From Phoronis australis (Eukaryota > Animalia > Phoronida): a stretch of 64,000 nt of DNA. The DNA is taken from contig NMRA01000823.1 in assembly GCA_002633005.1 (NCBI GenBank), positions 38,697 through 102,696 of the forward strand, given 5' to 3'. Below are positions 54,464 through 64,000 of the stretch, one piece after another (the first letter of the stretch is position 1; each line of letters opens with the position of its first letter). Under the pieces are notes generated by a model that searched no databases, was not told the DNA's origin, and worked only from the letters and a program-made list of their open reading frames with translations. A program made the translations under genes and the position numbers.

Positions 54464-55065
54464 CTATAGAAACAAGCTTCGGCCGTTATTTGGAGCCATC
54501 TTGTCATGAATCCACTTCCTGTAATTGGTAACACGTGTGAAGAATGCATAACTTCCCTGGGTGCCACAATGAGTATGACCCCAGCTCACAATCCCTACCA
54601 GGTACCATCGGTTATTACGAGGGTGCTTGACCACAAACGGACCACCCGAATCACCACTGCACGTGTCTTGCCTTTGATATCCCCGGAGATTTCCGTTTCC
54701 GGCGCAAAACATGTTATCAGTGACTAAGTCCCGATATAAGGGTTCCATAGATAACTTGCAAACAGTTTGGCGCTGAACCGGGAGCACAAGTTGTCTCAAA
54801 GACCTTGCAACGGAAAGGGGACCGACTCCTTCATAACCCCATCCGGTTGTAACGCCAAGAACGTGGGATCGCAAGACACGTTTCCATGCTCGGCTGCTGC
54901 CAAGGCAAACGGGTCGTATGCGAGAAGTATAACTGATCGCAGACGACAATTCTATAATGGCTATGTCGTTGTCAAACTTATCGGTGTAGCCTTGGTGTAA
55001 CGTGTAGTTGCTGGCGCCCTGTCGTACTTCCCCCTCTTCAACTTCAAACGGAGACAAGGTCTTTC
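54464..55065 (-). CDS. Serine protease last exon (catalytic Asp and Ser)
   Basis: Acceptor gtatttag|GA at 55065. Encodes FDNDIAIIEL..RIRPVCL..GVTTGWG..VTDNMFCAG..DTCSGDSGGPFV..WYLVGIVSWG..C; the S1 Asp indicates trypsin-like specificity. Stop TAG at 54466-54464. Confidence 0.93.
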
Positions 55066-58000
55066 CTAAATACAATCAAAGTGAGAGGGAAAATGAACAA
55101 TTGACCTACACAGTATGAGGTTATAAGAACCTATATGACTAGATCCGTTCGAGAAAGCCGCGGGACCAAGCGCGATTTGTGGAACAGAAAGTCCTTCAAA
55201 CTGCATGTTTTATACTACAGTAAAACACTTTAAAACGACGGTAAAAACATTTATAAAAAAACGCTATCTATCGAGCCCAACGGGTGTGGCCCTTCATATA
55301 AAGTGTGAAGATAAACGGAACGAAAGGATCTCTTTACCAAGCTGTTCAAAACATTTTAAATTATCCCGCATTGTCCCATTTTACCAAGATTCAATGCGTG
55401 TCATTTTAACACGTAACATACACTATAACAGCAGCTTAGATTGTAAAATCACCGGACCCAGGGGGGCAAACAAAACAACCGACTTACATGTAACCGCGGC
55501 CCAGTCACCAGTACGCCGGTTTTCTCTCAGTTGCCGCCCCATACAGATAAATTTACATTCGCATAATTAGGACAGTAATAGCGTTTCACTCAAATAGAAG
55601 TCAGGAATAATGACAGTGATAATATTTATAAATAACACTTATTTATGACGGTAACAAAGATTTGTTACGATAAAAATTTGCCAATCAGAAGCCTCGAATG
55701 ATGACAGTAACAAATATCTCTTGATGTTGCAAAATAGGACCCATCCCGGATAATACAGCAGCACTCGAGTCTGGCTGTATTTAGGCCTACCCACAATACC
55801 ATAAGCATATGCCAGTCAGACACATTTGCTTCCTCACATTCGTGTCATTGAATACTTTGCAAGTTTTTCTCGGCGACATTACTCTATTCGTCCTTCCAAT
55901 GCTGTGAAGTACTACTGTCGTGCTGTGCGTTGCAACTCCGAAGCGAGAAAGTTTGATAAACTGGAGAAACACCTCAGTGTGGATGCGTGGTCGAGAAGTT
56001 CTTCGCCTTCCCGACATCAACGGGATGCGCGAAATAAAATGAAGAGCGAGTGGGTAAATCAAGTTCGTCGGGTTAAATTAAATTTCCTTTCTTGAAGATA
56101 CCTGTTCAATTCCGGCTCTTAATTAAGGGTTGAAATCGGGAATATTTCCACGACCGCACACCTTGTCGGTTTCCAACATGACCTGAGAAAGTGCCCGATT
56201 TCCAAAACGAGGTCACGCGCTTCCCTATCTCCGACACTAAGGAGAGTTCTATAGCCGTACAGCCCTATTCCACGTCTTCGTTATTTCTTATTTCTGGTTG
56301 GCAGATTCATTAATTATCCACCCCTGCGTTTGCAATAACATGCAGTATGGGCTTGTGGAATCATGTTTTGGAGATTGGAACTGAACAACATGTTTAGTTG
56401 GGTTGCACTTTTAACTGTGTGTAATTTGTGTCTTGTATTACATTTAAGAAGAAATAAAACCATGCAATAAGACGATCTATGACCCTATTCTGGGCTCGAG
56501 GCTCTCGTGAGATTAGGTGTAATGACAAACGTGACAGAGACATGAAGACACGCAAAATTTAAAATACTACCAGTCGTTACGGTATGACTATCGTAAGTTT
56601 ACCTAGTCTTACCTAGTCTCAGCTCCAAGTTTTGAAGTTGAAATTCTCCAATTTCGAGTTTTGGAATCATGGCAAAGCAATGCGCTGCTGTTAGCACGTG
56701 CCGGCGGCCAATCAGGATTGCGCCACATAAGAACATGCCATTTTCAGGATCATTTGGAAGATAGTAATACATCATAGCCTGTAAAAAAACAAGGGATGCT
56801 GACTACATGTCCAGCGGACATGGGGAAAACCCTTGTCGCGTGCTGCAAATCTCTTACCTCAGCGTCTCCCACCAGACACGGTACTGGCAATTTCAAGAAG
56901 ACAGAAATATCAGATGTTGTGAACTAATATCGTTTATTATGTACAGTACATGATTTGGCAGGTCATCAAGTTTAAAATCCATATTTTGGGAACAATAATT
57001 TTATTTTCCATTTTGACTACTCATATTGACCGCTGCTATGGTAACGACCTCTCTTGTTCGCAAGACAATGCTTTACCACTGCGCCACGGGACATTGCGCC
57101 ACATGCGCGTCATGGAACTCATGAACGCGCGTCATCATCACATTAATGGGGTCTGAAAACCAATATATGAACCTCGGTGAAGTCAGCCATTGTATACTAT
57201 TCAACATGTACGTGTAAATAGCCTTTCAGAATGCAAAGGGAAACATGAAGTTGGATACCTGCCATGGAGCTGATCCAGTCGGGGCTTCTTCTCCTCCCAC
57301 AATCCGACCTGTTTGTTCTAGAGACCCCTCTTCTAGTTGATTTTGTACGGGCAGTCCGCATTCTAGTTAGACGAGAGAAAGTAATATTTTTAAGTTGATT
57401 CTACGGGCAGTCCGCATTCTAGTTAGACGAGAGAAAGTAATATTTTTAAGTTGATTCTACGGGCAGTCCGCATTCTAGTTAGACGAGAGAAAGTAATGTT
57501 TTTAAGTTGATTCTACGGGCAGTCCGCATTCTAGTTAGACGAGAGAAAGTAATGTTTTTAAGTTGATTCTACGGGCAGCCCGCATTCTAATTAGACGAGA
57601 GAAAGAAATATTTGTAAGTTGATTCTACGGGCAGTCCGCATTCTAGTTAGACGAGAGAAAGNNNNNNNNNNNNNNNNNNNNNNNNNNNNNNNNNNNNNNN
57701 NNNNNNNNNNNNNNNNNNNNNNNNNNNNNNNNNNNNNNNNNNNNNNNNNNNNNNNNNNNNNNNNNNNNNNNNNNNNNNNNNNNNNNNNNNNNNNNNNNNN
57801 NNNNNNNNNNNNNNNNNNNNNNNNNNNNNNNNNNNNNNNNNNNNNNNNNNNNNNNNNNNNNNNNNNNNNNNNNNNNNNNNNNNNNNNNNNNNNNNNNNNN
57901 NNNNNNNNNNNNNNNNNNNNNNNNNNNNNNNNNNNNNNNNNNNNNNNNNNNNNNNNNNNNNNNNNNNNNNNNNNNNNNNNNNNNNNNNNNNNNNNNNNNN

Positions 58001-61000
58001 NNNNNNNNNNNNNNNNNNNNNNNNNNNNNNNNNNNNNNNNNNNNNNNNNNNNNNNNNNNNNNNNNNNNNNNNNNNNNNNNNNNNNNNNNNNNNNNNNNNN
58101 NNNNNNNNNNNNNNNNNNNNNNNNNNNNNNNNNNNNNNNNNNNNNNNNNNNNNNNNNNNNNNNNNNNNNNNNNNNNNNNNNNNNNNNNNNNNNNNNNNNN
58201 NNNNNNNNNNNNNNNNNNNNNNNNNNNNNNNNNNNNNNNNNNNNNNNNNNNNNNNNNNNNNNNNNNNNNNNNNNNNNNNNNNNNNNNNNNNNNNNNNNNN
58301 NNNNNNNNNNNNNNNNNNNNNNNNNNNNNNNNNNNNNNNNNNNNNNNNNNNNNNNNNNNNNNNNNNNNNNNNNNNNNNNNNNNNNNNNNNNNNNNNNNNN
58401 NNNNNNNNNNNNNNNNNNNNNNNNNNNNNNNNNNNNNNNNNNNNNNNNNNNNNNNNNNNNNNNNNNNNNNNNNNNNNNNNNNNNNNNNNNNNNNNNNNNN
58501 NNNNNNNNNNNNNNNNNNNNNNNNNNNNNNNNNNNNNNNNNNNNNNNNNNNNNNNNNNNNNNNNNNNNNNNNNNNNNNNNNNNNNNNNNNNNNNNNNNNN
58601 NNNNNNNNNNNAGAGAGAGAGAGATAATAATAATAATAACGTGAAGTGGGTGAACCCAAGGCTTTGCTCAGTATAAATACATTTACGTTTTTCAACTTTA
58701 CAAATCAGATTGTTGTTGATTCGTTACTGTTTCTATGACTGGTTACAATTTGCCGTAAGTGTCCCTTACTTTGTTGCAAGCACGCCTGCATGTCGAGAGT
58801 AAAATTGTCGATCACGCGACAATATATTCATTAAGGAACGTGTTGCCTGATTTTTGCAATTTCTTTCTCCCCACAGCTTCTCAAATTTTTTCAAAATTAT
58901 TTGTAATAACACAGTCTTTAGTAAAGTCATCAATACACATTAAACGACCTCAAATCCAGCAACTGTGCTTTCCATAAAATGTCATGTCTTCGGCTAATAA
59001 CGTTTCCTCGCAAACCTCTGTCTAAGCCAATCAAGTGCCAAGCTAGCTGTATGCGGGTTTGTCCCATTCTGGTGCAACCAATGGTAATCCCTTGCAACAC
59101 CTCTTTTTTCTCCACGAAACTTCCAAGAATTTGTCAAACATCGCAACGTACACTCAAAATTTACCATTACCAATTGGTTATTCATATCCTCGAACCCAAA
59201 AAGGCACAATAATACCATGCGATTACCAAACAGCTGTATGAAGGGTGGAACTTATTAAGGTATTTTACTCCAAAAAGACATTGTTTTTAACCTCACTTGG
59301 CCTCAAAAACGGTATGCCATCCTGTAAATAGGCTGGCAACAAAAAGATGAACCTTATCAAAATGCACAGAATGAACATTTTGGCAGTTCTGTAGAAAATA
59401 ACATTACCCTAATCTTCTTTTGTTAAGTTTGAGAATATTTTTAGGAAGAAAAAACGTGGGTAATACTTCTGCATCACTTTGTATTGCACACTTTGACAAG
59501 CAACAACTCTTCAAGCTACCATGAAAGTCAGAAGTGCAATTACTAAAAAGAGTGTGTTGTTGGTGGGTTTGCAAACGCTTACCGACGGGATCACGTGACA
59601 CCACAGCCAAACGAAATGTGTGCTGGATCCGACAACCGTTTGGTGTGATAGCGGTGCAAGAGTATTCACCAGTATCATCCAAATGGGAACTCCTTATGAA
59701 GAATTTTTTACTTAGTAGCACCCCCAGGCGCCTTCCAGGTCTCCATCTGGGTATTTGGCGACCGTTTCTGTGCCAAGTAATGTCGCTGGTTATCTCTGCC
59801 TCGCACTCGAATATGTGTTGCTCTCGTTGCTGAAGTGTTACATTTTCCGGGGCCAGTGTGAATCCTACAGAAGATTTAATGAGAAGGTCTTTAATTTTCC
59901 TAGTTTGGTTTTCTTAATTAATCCGTTTTGGAACTCAAGCTGCTTCCTCATATTTCCTGCTTAACTTGACTTTAATCCTTGATTATTTCACTTTTCCAAA
60001 TTGTTTGGCGAAATTACACATAAGATTAACCCCTAGTCAAACGGGCGACACACAAAGCTAACCTATCCTTGCACTTTACTTTATAGAAATTCACTATGCA
60101 AATAATCAAATTATTAATGCAAACTCTCGGTAATAGACGAATCAAACTTCACAAGATGGCGTTTCTGAAACAATGGTGGTACCAGGAACAAACAACTACA
60201 TGAACAGCGTGTGTTAAACGATTTCAAGTGCTGGAGCCCAGGCAACAATCCGCTATTAATTTGAGTAAGTAACAGGCTGAGGCGAATCTTAGATTTTAAG
60301 TGATCTAAAATCAAATCATGCAGTGCACGTTTGACAGTGTACGGGTAAATAGAAACTCTAGTTACAGTTTGGTAAAATGGTGTAAAATAAAAAGACGAAC
60401 AGCGGTATTAAAAGAATATTAAAATATTCCCCACGTTTAGAACGATACGCTCTTATCAGACGCCCAGTTAGCGGATAGTCCTAAGCTCATTTCTAGAATG
60501 AAATTCTAACCAGTGAATCGGACAGGGTGTTATTTCGTTAATTTACCAAGAGCTGACACCATACATAAACGTAATATAACGTAGCTAGGTGACCAGTTGT
60601 TGTTACGGTGGGCAGCACACGCGACGAAGTTCCCTGATGGTTACTAGTGACTCCAGTGCCTTATGCATGTTATCTACGGAGTCGGGCCATAGGCTCAGAC
60701 GTTGACTTCCTGTTATACAATTCAAATAACAAAAGACCAGTGTAACGAGAACAGTTATACGAACTGTTGCACAATCCAGGTAGGTGATCCTCTTTCAACA
60801 GCAGGTAAGCAGAAGATTGAAAGTTGGGCCCAGATTCACTTTGAGTTTTACACGTGTACTTTCCAGCATGACTTTGCTGAACGGACAAAATCATGAGCAA
60901 TCCTTCTGGGTGCACTTCAACGTTTGTACTAGTTTCCATGGAATGGTCTGAGTCCTCGTGGTACCTGCAAAAGGGTGAGCTGTGATTATAGTTATAACTA

Positions 61001-62293
61001 TGACGAGGAACCTTCGGATGGATGGGTGTGAGGAGGGAGGGTGAGGGAGGAGGAAGTGAGGGAGGGGGAGTAAGGAGAGAGAGCCTGGAGAGGGAGGGGA
61101 GGTGGGGGAGCTGAGAGGAACAACAAGGAAATTGGTACATTTTTTAATACCACATCTTATGAAACCATGATAATGAAAGGTGTGTCGCATTTTGGTGCTC
61201 TGCCTTGGAAGCAGATGTCAAGTAGCCTAAGCAATGAGGTTGTCGACCATACCGCAGCGGGTATAATTTCACTGGAGGATTGGCTCATATTGGTAATCAA
61301 ACAGGTAATAAATAGCCAGCAACAGACGGGTGTACTTGATCTATGAGTGAACGTGAAAACGTCGCTGGTGATAGTAATGACATAATCTACTACCGTGAAC
61401 GGATAGGAACACGACTCACGCCACTAAACGATAGTATCTATTTTTATTTTGCACATCATCACGGATTCACCCACATCGATCTCCCTCAGTATGCAAATGA
61501 GGCAAGAATTGAGCAGGACTCTTTGGCAACGAAAAACTGACGTACTATCGAGATATCAGGCTACCCGAACTACATTGATCAAACGTTCATGAAAATACAT
61601 GTACTTCTTCACTTGCAAACGTAACTCACGGGTATTTATCCTATTCCCCAATGTATGCCGGAGTCACACTCGCCGTGTTCCTACAAACAACACTACTCAG
61701 GGTGCACATTTACAAAGGAAGTCGGCTCATCGACCATAATCACTTTACTCACACTTTACCTAGTAATACGACCCACTGTCGGATTCTGCTGCTCATCTGC
61801 TTCTACAACATCGTATCTAGGCTACATGTACTTTAGAGGAGAATGAATTTCAAACGAGCCACCAGTTTTACCTTCATCAAAAATCAATATATTGACAAGT
61901 TCTAATTCTGTTTATTCTATCTTAGGTATGTATTCAAATAGTGATTCTCCGTTGTACAGTTCCCTGTATTCATTAATTCCTTACTTGTGTTTTTAAACAG
62001 AACTTGGACACTTTGCAGCTACATATGCATATACAAGAACATGTCAAAACAGTAGCTTGCCTTTCTTCAGCCAAAGTTTCATTTCAAGGGTACATGTACT
62101 CCTTACCATTTCACGACAGTAGGTGGGTCTGTCGAGCATTCGAAGCTGGCCAAAGATCCAAGTTCAGCGGTGTAGTTTTGAGGTCGGTTGAACTGTCGAG
62201 CAACATGGGTAACAGGTTGTTCTGTTGTGACCATTCGTGCTTCTGGTGTGTTCGCAAGACTGGTTGGTGGCGACGGGGTGCTTGACAAACGCA
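54464..62293 (-). CDS. Multidomain trypsin-family (S1A) serine protease with two Ig-like domains, 5'-partial spliced CDS
   Basis: join(62293-62107, 60964-60765, 59864-59583, 57362-57259, 56778-56613, 55065-54464) gives a consistent open frame of ~512 aa. It contains Ig motifs, CGLP..R/IVGG activation site, TAAHC, DNDIAI and QDTCSGDSGGP. Further exons could lie in the N gap or upstream. Confidence 0.85.
55899..56075 (+). pseudogene. THAP-domain remnant (transposon-derived) in a protease intron
   Basis: YYCRAVRCNS..RK...(frameshift)..KFFAFPT..(frameshift)..EWVNQVRR fits THAP C-x4-C-N, FFxFP, W...RR. Confidence 0.55.
56613..56778 (-). CDS. Serine protease exon with catalytic His (not in the ORF track)
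   Basis: Acceptor ttttttacag|GCT at 56778. Encodes AMMYYYLPNDPENGMFLCGAILIGRRHVLTAAHCFAMIPKLEIGEFQLQNLELRL; donor G|gtaaga at 56613. Confidence 0.92.
57259..57362 (-). CDS. Serine protease activation-site exon (not in the ORF track)
   Basis: Acceptor ctttctctcgtctaactag|AA at 57362. Encodes (E)CGLPVQNQLEEGSLEQTGR/IVGGEEAPTGSAPWQ; donor CAG|gtatcc at 57259. Confidence 0.9.
57335..57661. repeat. 56-bp tandem repeat (>=5.8 copies, runs into the gap) spanning an intron/exon boundary
   Basis: Unit gttgattctacgggcagtccgcattctagttagacgagagaaagtaatatttttaa. Period 56 (ttcta at 57361, 57417, 57473, 57529, 57585, 57641). Confidence 0.95.
57662..58611. other. Assembly gap (950 N)
   Basis: Run of N between the 56-bp array and an (AG)n(ATA)n microsatellite at 58612-58640. 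Confidence 0.99.
58745..59240 (-). mobile_element. Degenerate Tc1/mariner transposase C-terminal relic, DD41D (rosa/VS-like) spacing
   Basis: Across frameshifts: GIIVPF.FEDMNNQLVMVN.E...WLHQNGTNPHTA..ALDWLRQRF..NVISRRHDILW...LDL..FN...KD.V...CRVIDNF...QACLQQSKGHL. This fits the pattern GIIGPYFFE..TVN..RY, WFQQDGA..H, LISR..WPPRSPDL..D, C..RGGH. There are 41 residues between the last two catalytic positions, both now Asn. Confidence 0.75.
59583..59864 (-). CDS. Ig-like domain 2 exon of the protease gene (phase 1-1)
   Basis: Acceptor cttctgtag|GA at 59864. Encodes FTLAPENVTLQQREQHIFECEAEITSDITWHRNG...FFIRSSHLDDTGEYSCTA...FRLAVV; donor G|gtaagc at 59583. Confidence 0.9.
60765..60964 (-). CDS. 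Ig-like domain 1, C-terminal half exon
   Basis: Acceptor ccttttgcag|G at 60964 completes the Trp codon TG|G. Encodes YHED..VEVHPEGLLMILSVQQSHAGKYTCKT..SSAYLLL. The donor at 60765 (A|gttcgt) is the best phase-1 candidate and is less certain. Confidence 0.8.
61028..61115. repeat. Purine-rich (GGA/GAG) low-complexity tract
   Basis: gaggagggagggtgagggaggaggaagtgagggagggggag...; explains the Pro/Ser/Leu-rich false extension of ORF 60670-61140. Confidence 0.7.
61300..61810 (+). mobile_element. Highly degenerate Penelope-like reverse transcriptase C-terminal relic
   Basis: Across frames: VLDL*V, RNTTHA..R*YL (compare YRKPTHTD.YL), FAHHH (compare FxSHHP), EARI..DSL, SGYPNYI (compare NGYP..I), all in the expected order. 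Confidence 0.4.
62107..62293 (-). CDS. Ser/Thr/Pro-rich linker plus N-terminal half of Ig-like domain 1
   Basis: Branch point ctaac and acceptor gattttacgacag|TG at 62293. Encodes RLSSTPSPPTSLANTPEARMVTTEQPV..RPQNYTAELGSLASFECSTDPPTVVK(W); donor TG|gtaagg at 62107. Confidence 0.82.
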
Positions 62294-62496
62294 CTGTCGT
62301 AAAATCACGTGACGTTGTTAGTTGCAGCAGTTATTTCGGGTACACTTTTTCAGTGCTACGAAAGGTAGCCATGTGNAAGACTGGTTGGTGGCGACGGGGT
62401 GCTTGACAAACGCACTGTCGTAAAATCACGTGACGTTGTTAGTTGCAGCAGTTATTTCGGGTACACTTTTTCAGTGCTACGAAAGGTAGCCATGTG
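62256..62496. repeat. Exact 120-bp direct duplication separated by a single N (probable assembly artefact)
   Basis: 62256-62375 is identical to 62377-62496, with N at 62376. Confidence 0.85.
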
Positions 62497-64000
62497 AAAT
62501 GTTGTTCAACATAGCTTCTCATTGGTTAAAGTAAAGAAACCGACGTCATAACATTCAGTCATTCCCATGGTTGAAATCTGGGAATCCCCTTTTAGTTAAT
62601 GTTACGTAGTATGGCAACCGCCTTTGACTATGAATAGTTGTAATTTATTAAAACGGGCAGTGATCGAAGTAAGCTAAATTAAGAAAACCCCGATCCAGTG
62701 GCTTAAGCCCAAACAAGTTCAGTGCACAGAAGACGTGTGCAAGTGGTGGTGATGTGATCGTTGAACTTCTGACCAAGCATGCGCCCAAACACGAAATTCC
62801 GTGTGTCGTTCATCATGTTTCCACAGGGCCACTTTCCAGTATAAGTGGCGCTGTGTTAGAGGGTATATTTCGGGTTGCGTTCTGTAGCGGCAAAACAATC
62901 ACAAGGTACTTGGAGATGAAACGGAAACAGCGAATTCCATCACATAATTCCCGCCTCATCAAGCAATTCCATTCAGGGGTCGTCATATTGCTAGTGTGCG
63001 CCAAGGTTCCGAGATTGTGCGTACTCAGTCGCCAAAGGCTCGACTTTTACTAGTTAAATTTTCCGTGTTCTTTCCTGCACAATTTTGCTTTTCTCGCCAG
63101 TTGAAATACGTCTGCTGACTGCAAAACACGCCACTTCGTTTCGGTAGATGAAAGATCTTCTCACAAAAATGAAAGCGCGCAATGTCACGGAAATCACACT
63201 AGTGAAAGACGTGTGCTTCGTAAATTACCTGGGGACTTACGAAATTTATGTTACTTTAATCAAATGGCAGCGACTGAAAGAATTGGTCGATGAGGTTGGA
63301 ATATACATGTAACTTCGAACCCAAACTCTTGCGCCGTGGTGTAGTATAGGTCTCGAAAACGAGGCCATTTAGTCAGATTTTTGCCATACTAATATATGAT
63401 CTGACCTACATGGGTATTTTAACATTTCAAATTAGCGCTTATTTATCTCATCTTTTGTAATTTTGTCTTAAGCCGTTCTGGTTAACCTTTATGACACGAG
63501 ATACAAAAATAGAAAACCACTGTTACTATGAACAAAACATAATGTGTAGTTCTCGATCGAGTGACATGGTGATCACAGCCTGGGTTCATCGTCTCATTCA
63601 AATACACCCGTCCGGTTTACCTCATCCTTGAGACGTACGCCATGCAGACACACATGTAAGTAGAGTCAGGGCTCGAGATTAAATTGAAATGTTGAATTAT
63701 GAATTAGAATTCACTGTTTTCCAGTGTTCCACACATATAAACTACGATTTCGTGTCGAATGTGCTTTGTGATCGTCTTGGGTTTACACCCTGGCCGGCTA
63801 AGCGTTTCATAAGGTTGAAGCTATTTCGAATTTGGCGAGATCGCTACGCGAGTATTCGCAAATAAGGTATATTCACTGAATGCAAAACACGTGGTTTGCT
63901 GGCCAATGACTGGACTTTAAGGATACGTAGCTGGAATTATAAAAGTGGAATTCTTTTCACCACTTTGTTTGCAGCGTTTTTTGCCACGCGCAAGCACCAT

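Noticed and set aside
57335-57661. 56-bp array as a CRISPR array
   Set aside because: Units are near-identical along their whole length with no unique spacers, there are no cas genes, and the context is a eukaryotic intron.
57619-58695. 341-aa and 350-aa ORFs
   Set aside because: They consist almost entirely of X from the N gap.
60965-61140. Pro/Ser/Leu-rich N-terminal part of ORF 60670-61140
   Set aside because: It is a translation of an intronic purine tract upstream of the acceptor at 60964.
62256-62496. 120-bp duplication as a real duplicated splice acceptor or alternative exon
   Set aside because: The copies are identical and separated by a single N, the usual signature of an unmerged contig overlap. 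Long reads would be needed to revive the idea.
63225-63280. Possible further protease exon near donor-like motifs
   Set aside because: No convincing coding content or phase-1 match to the acceptor at 62293 could be established.

Overview
Eukaryotic (metazoan invertebrate) genomic DNA: AT-rich, spliceosomal introns, many short DNA-transposon relics, one 950-N gap. No prokaryotic system, CRISPR array, rRNA or intact tRNA was seen. Three genes can be reconstructed by hand. (1) A complete Wnt5 gene on the minus strand: coding exons 41888-41800, 30147-29891, 15482-15190 and 11690-11229, giving 1101 nt / 366 aa with GT-AG junctions in consistent phases. (2) The 3' part of a minus-strand gene encoding a Ser/Thr/Pro-rich stretch, two Ig-like domains and an intact trypsin-type serine protease (6 exons, 62293-54464; 5' end not found). 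(3) A decayed RING/B-box/B-box/coiled-coil/NHL (TRIM-NHL) pseudogene on the plus strand (about 2125-4007). The rest contains several MITE families with readable TIRs and TSDs, a TTAA-flanked Kolobok-like element with a THAP remnant, a DD41D Tc1/mariner transposase relic, a probable Penelope RT relic and tRNA-derived SINE-like fragments. The most unusual signals are a 56-bp tandem array that multiplies the splice acceptor of the protease activation exon (every extra copy leads to a stop), a duplicated donor in the next exon, the Ig-Ig-protease architecture, and roughly 75-bp mini-elements present as TSD-flanked dimers. All calls were made by eye, with no database searches.
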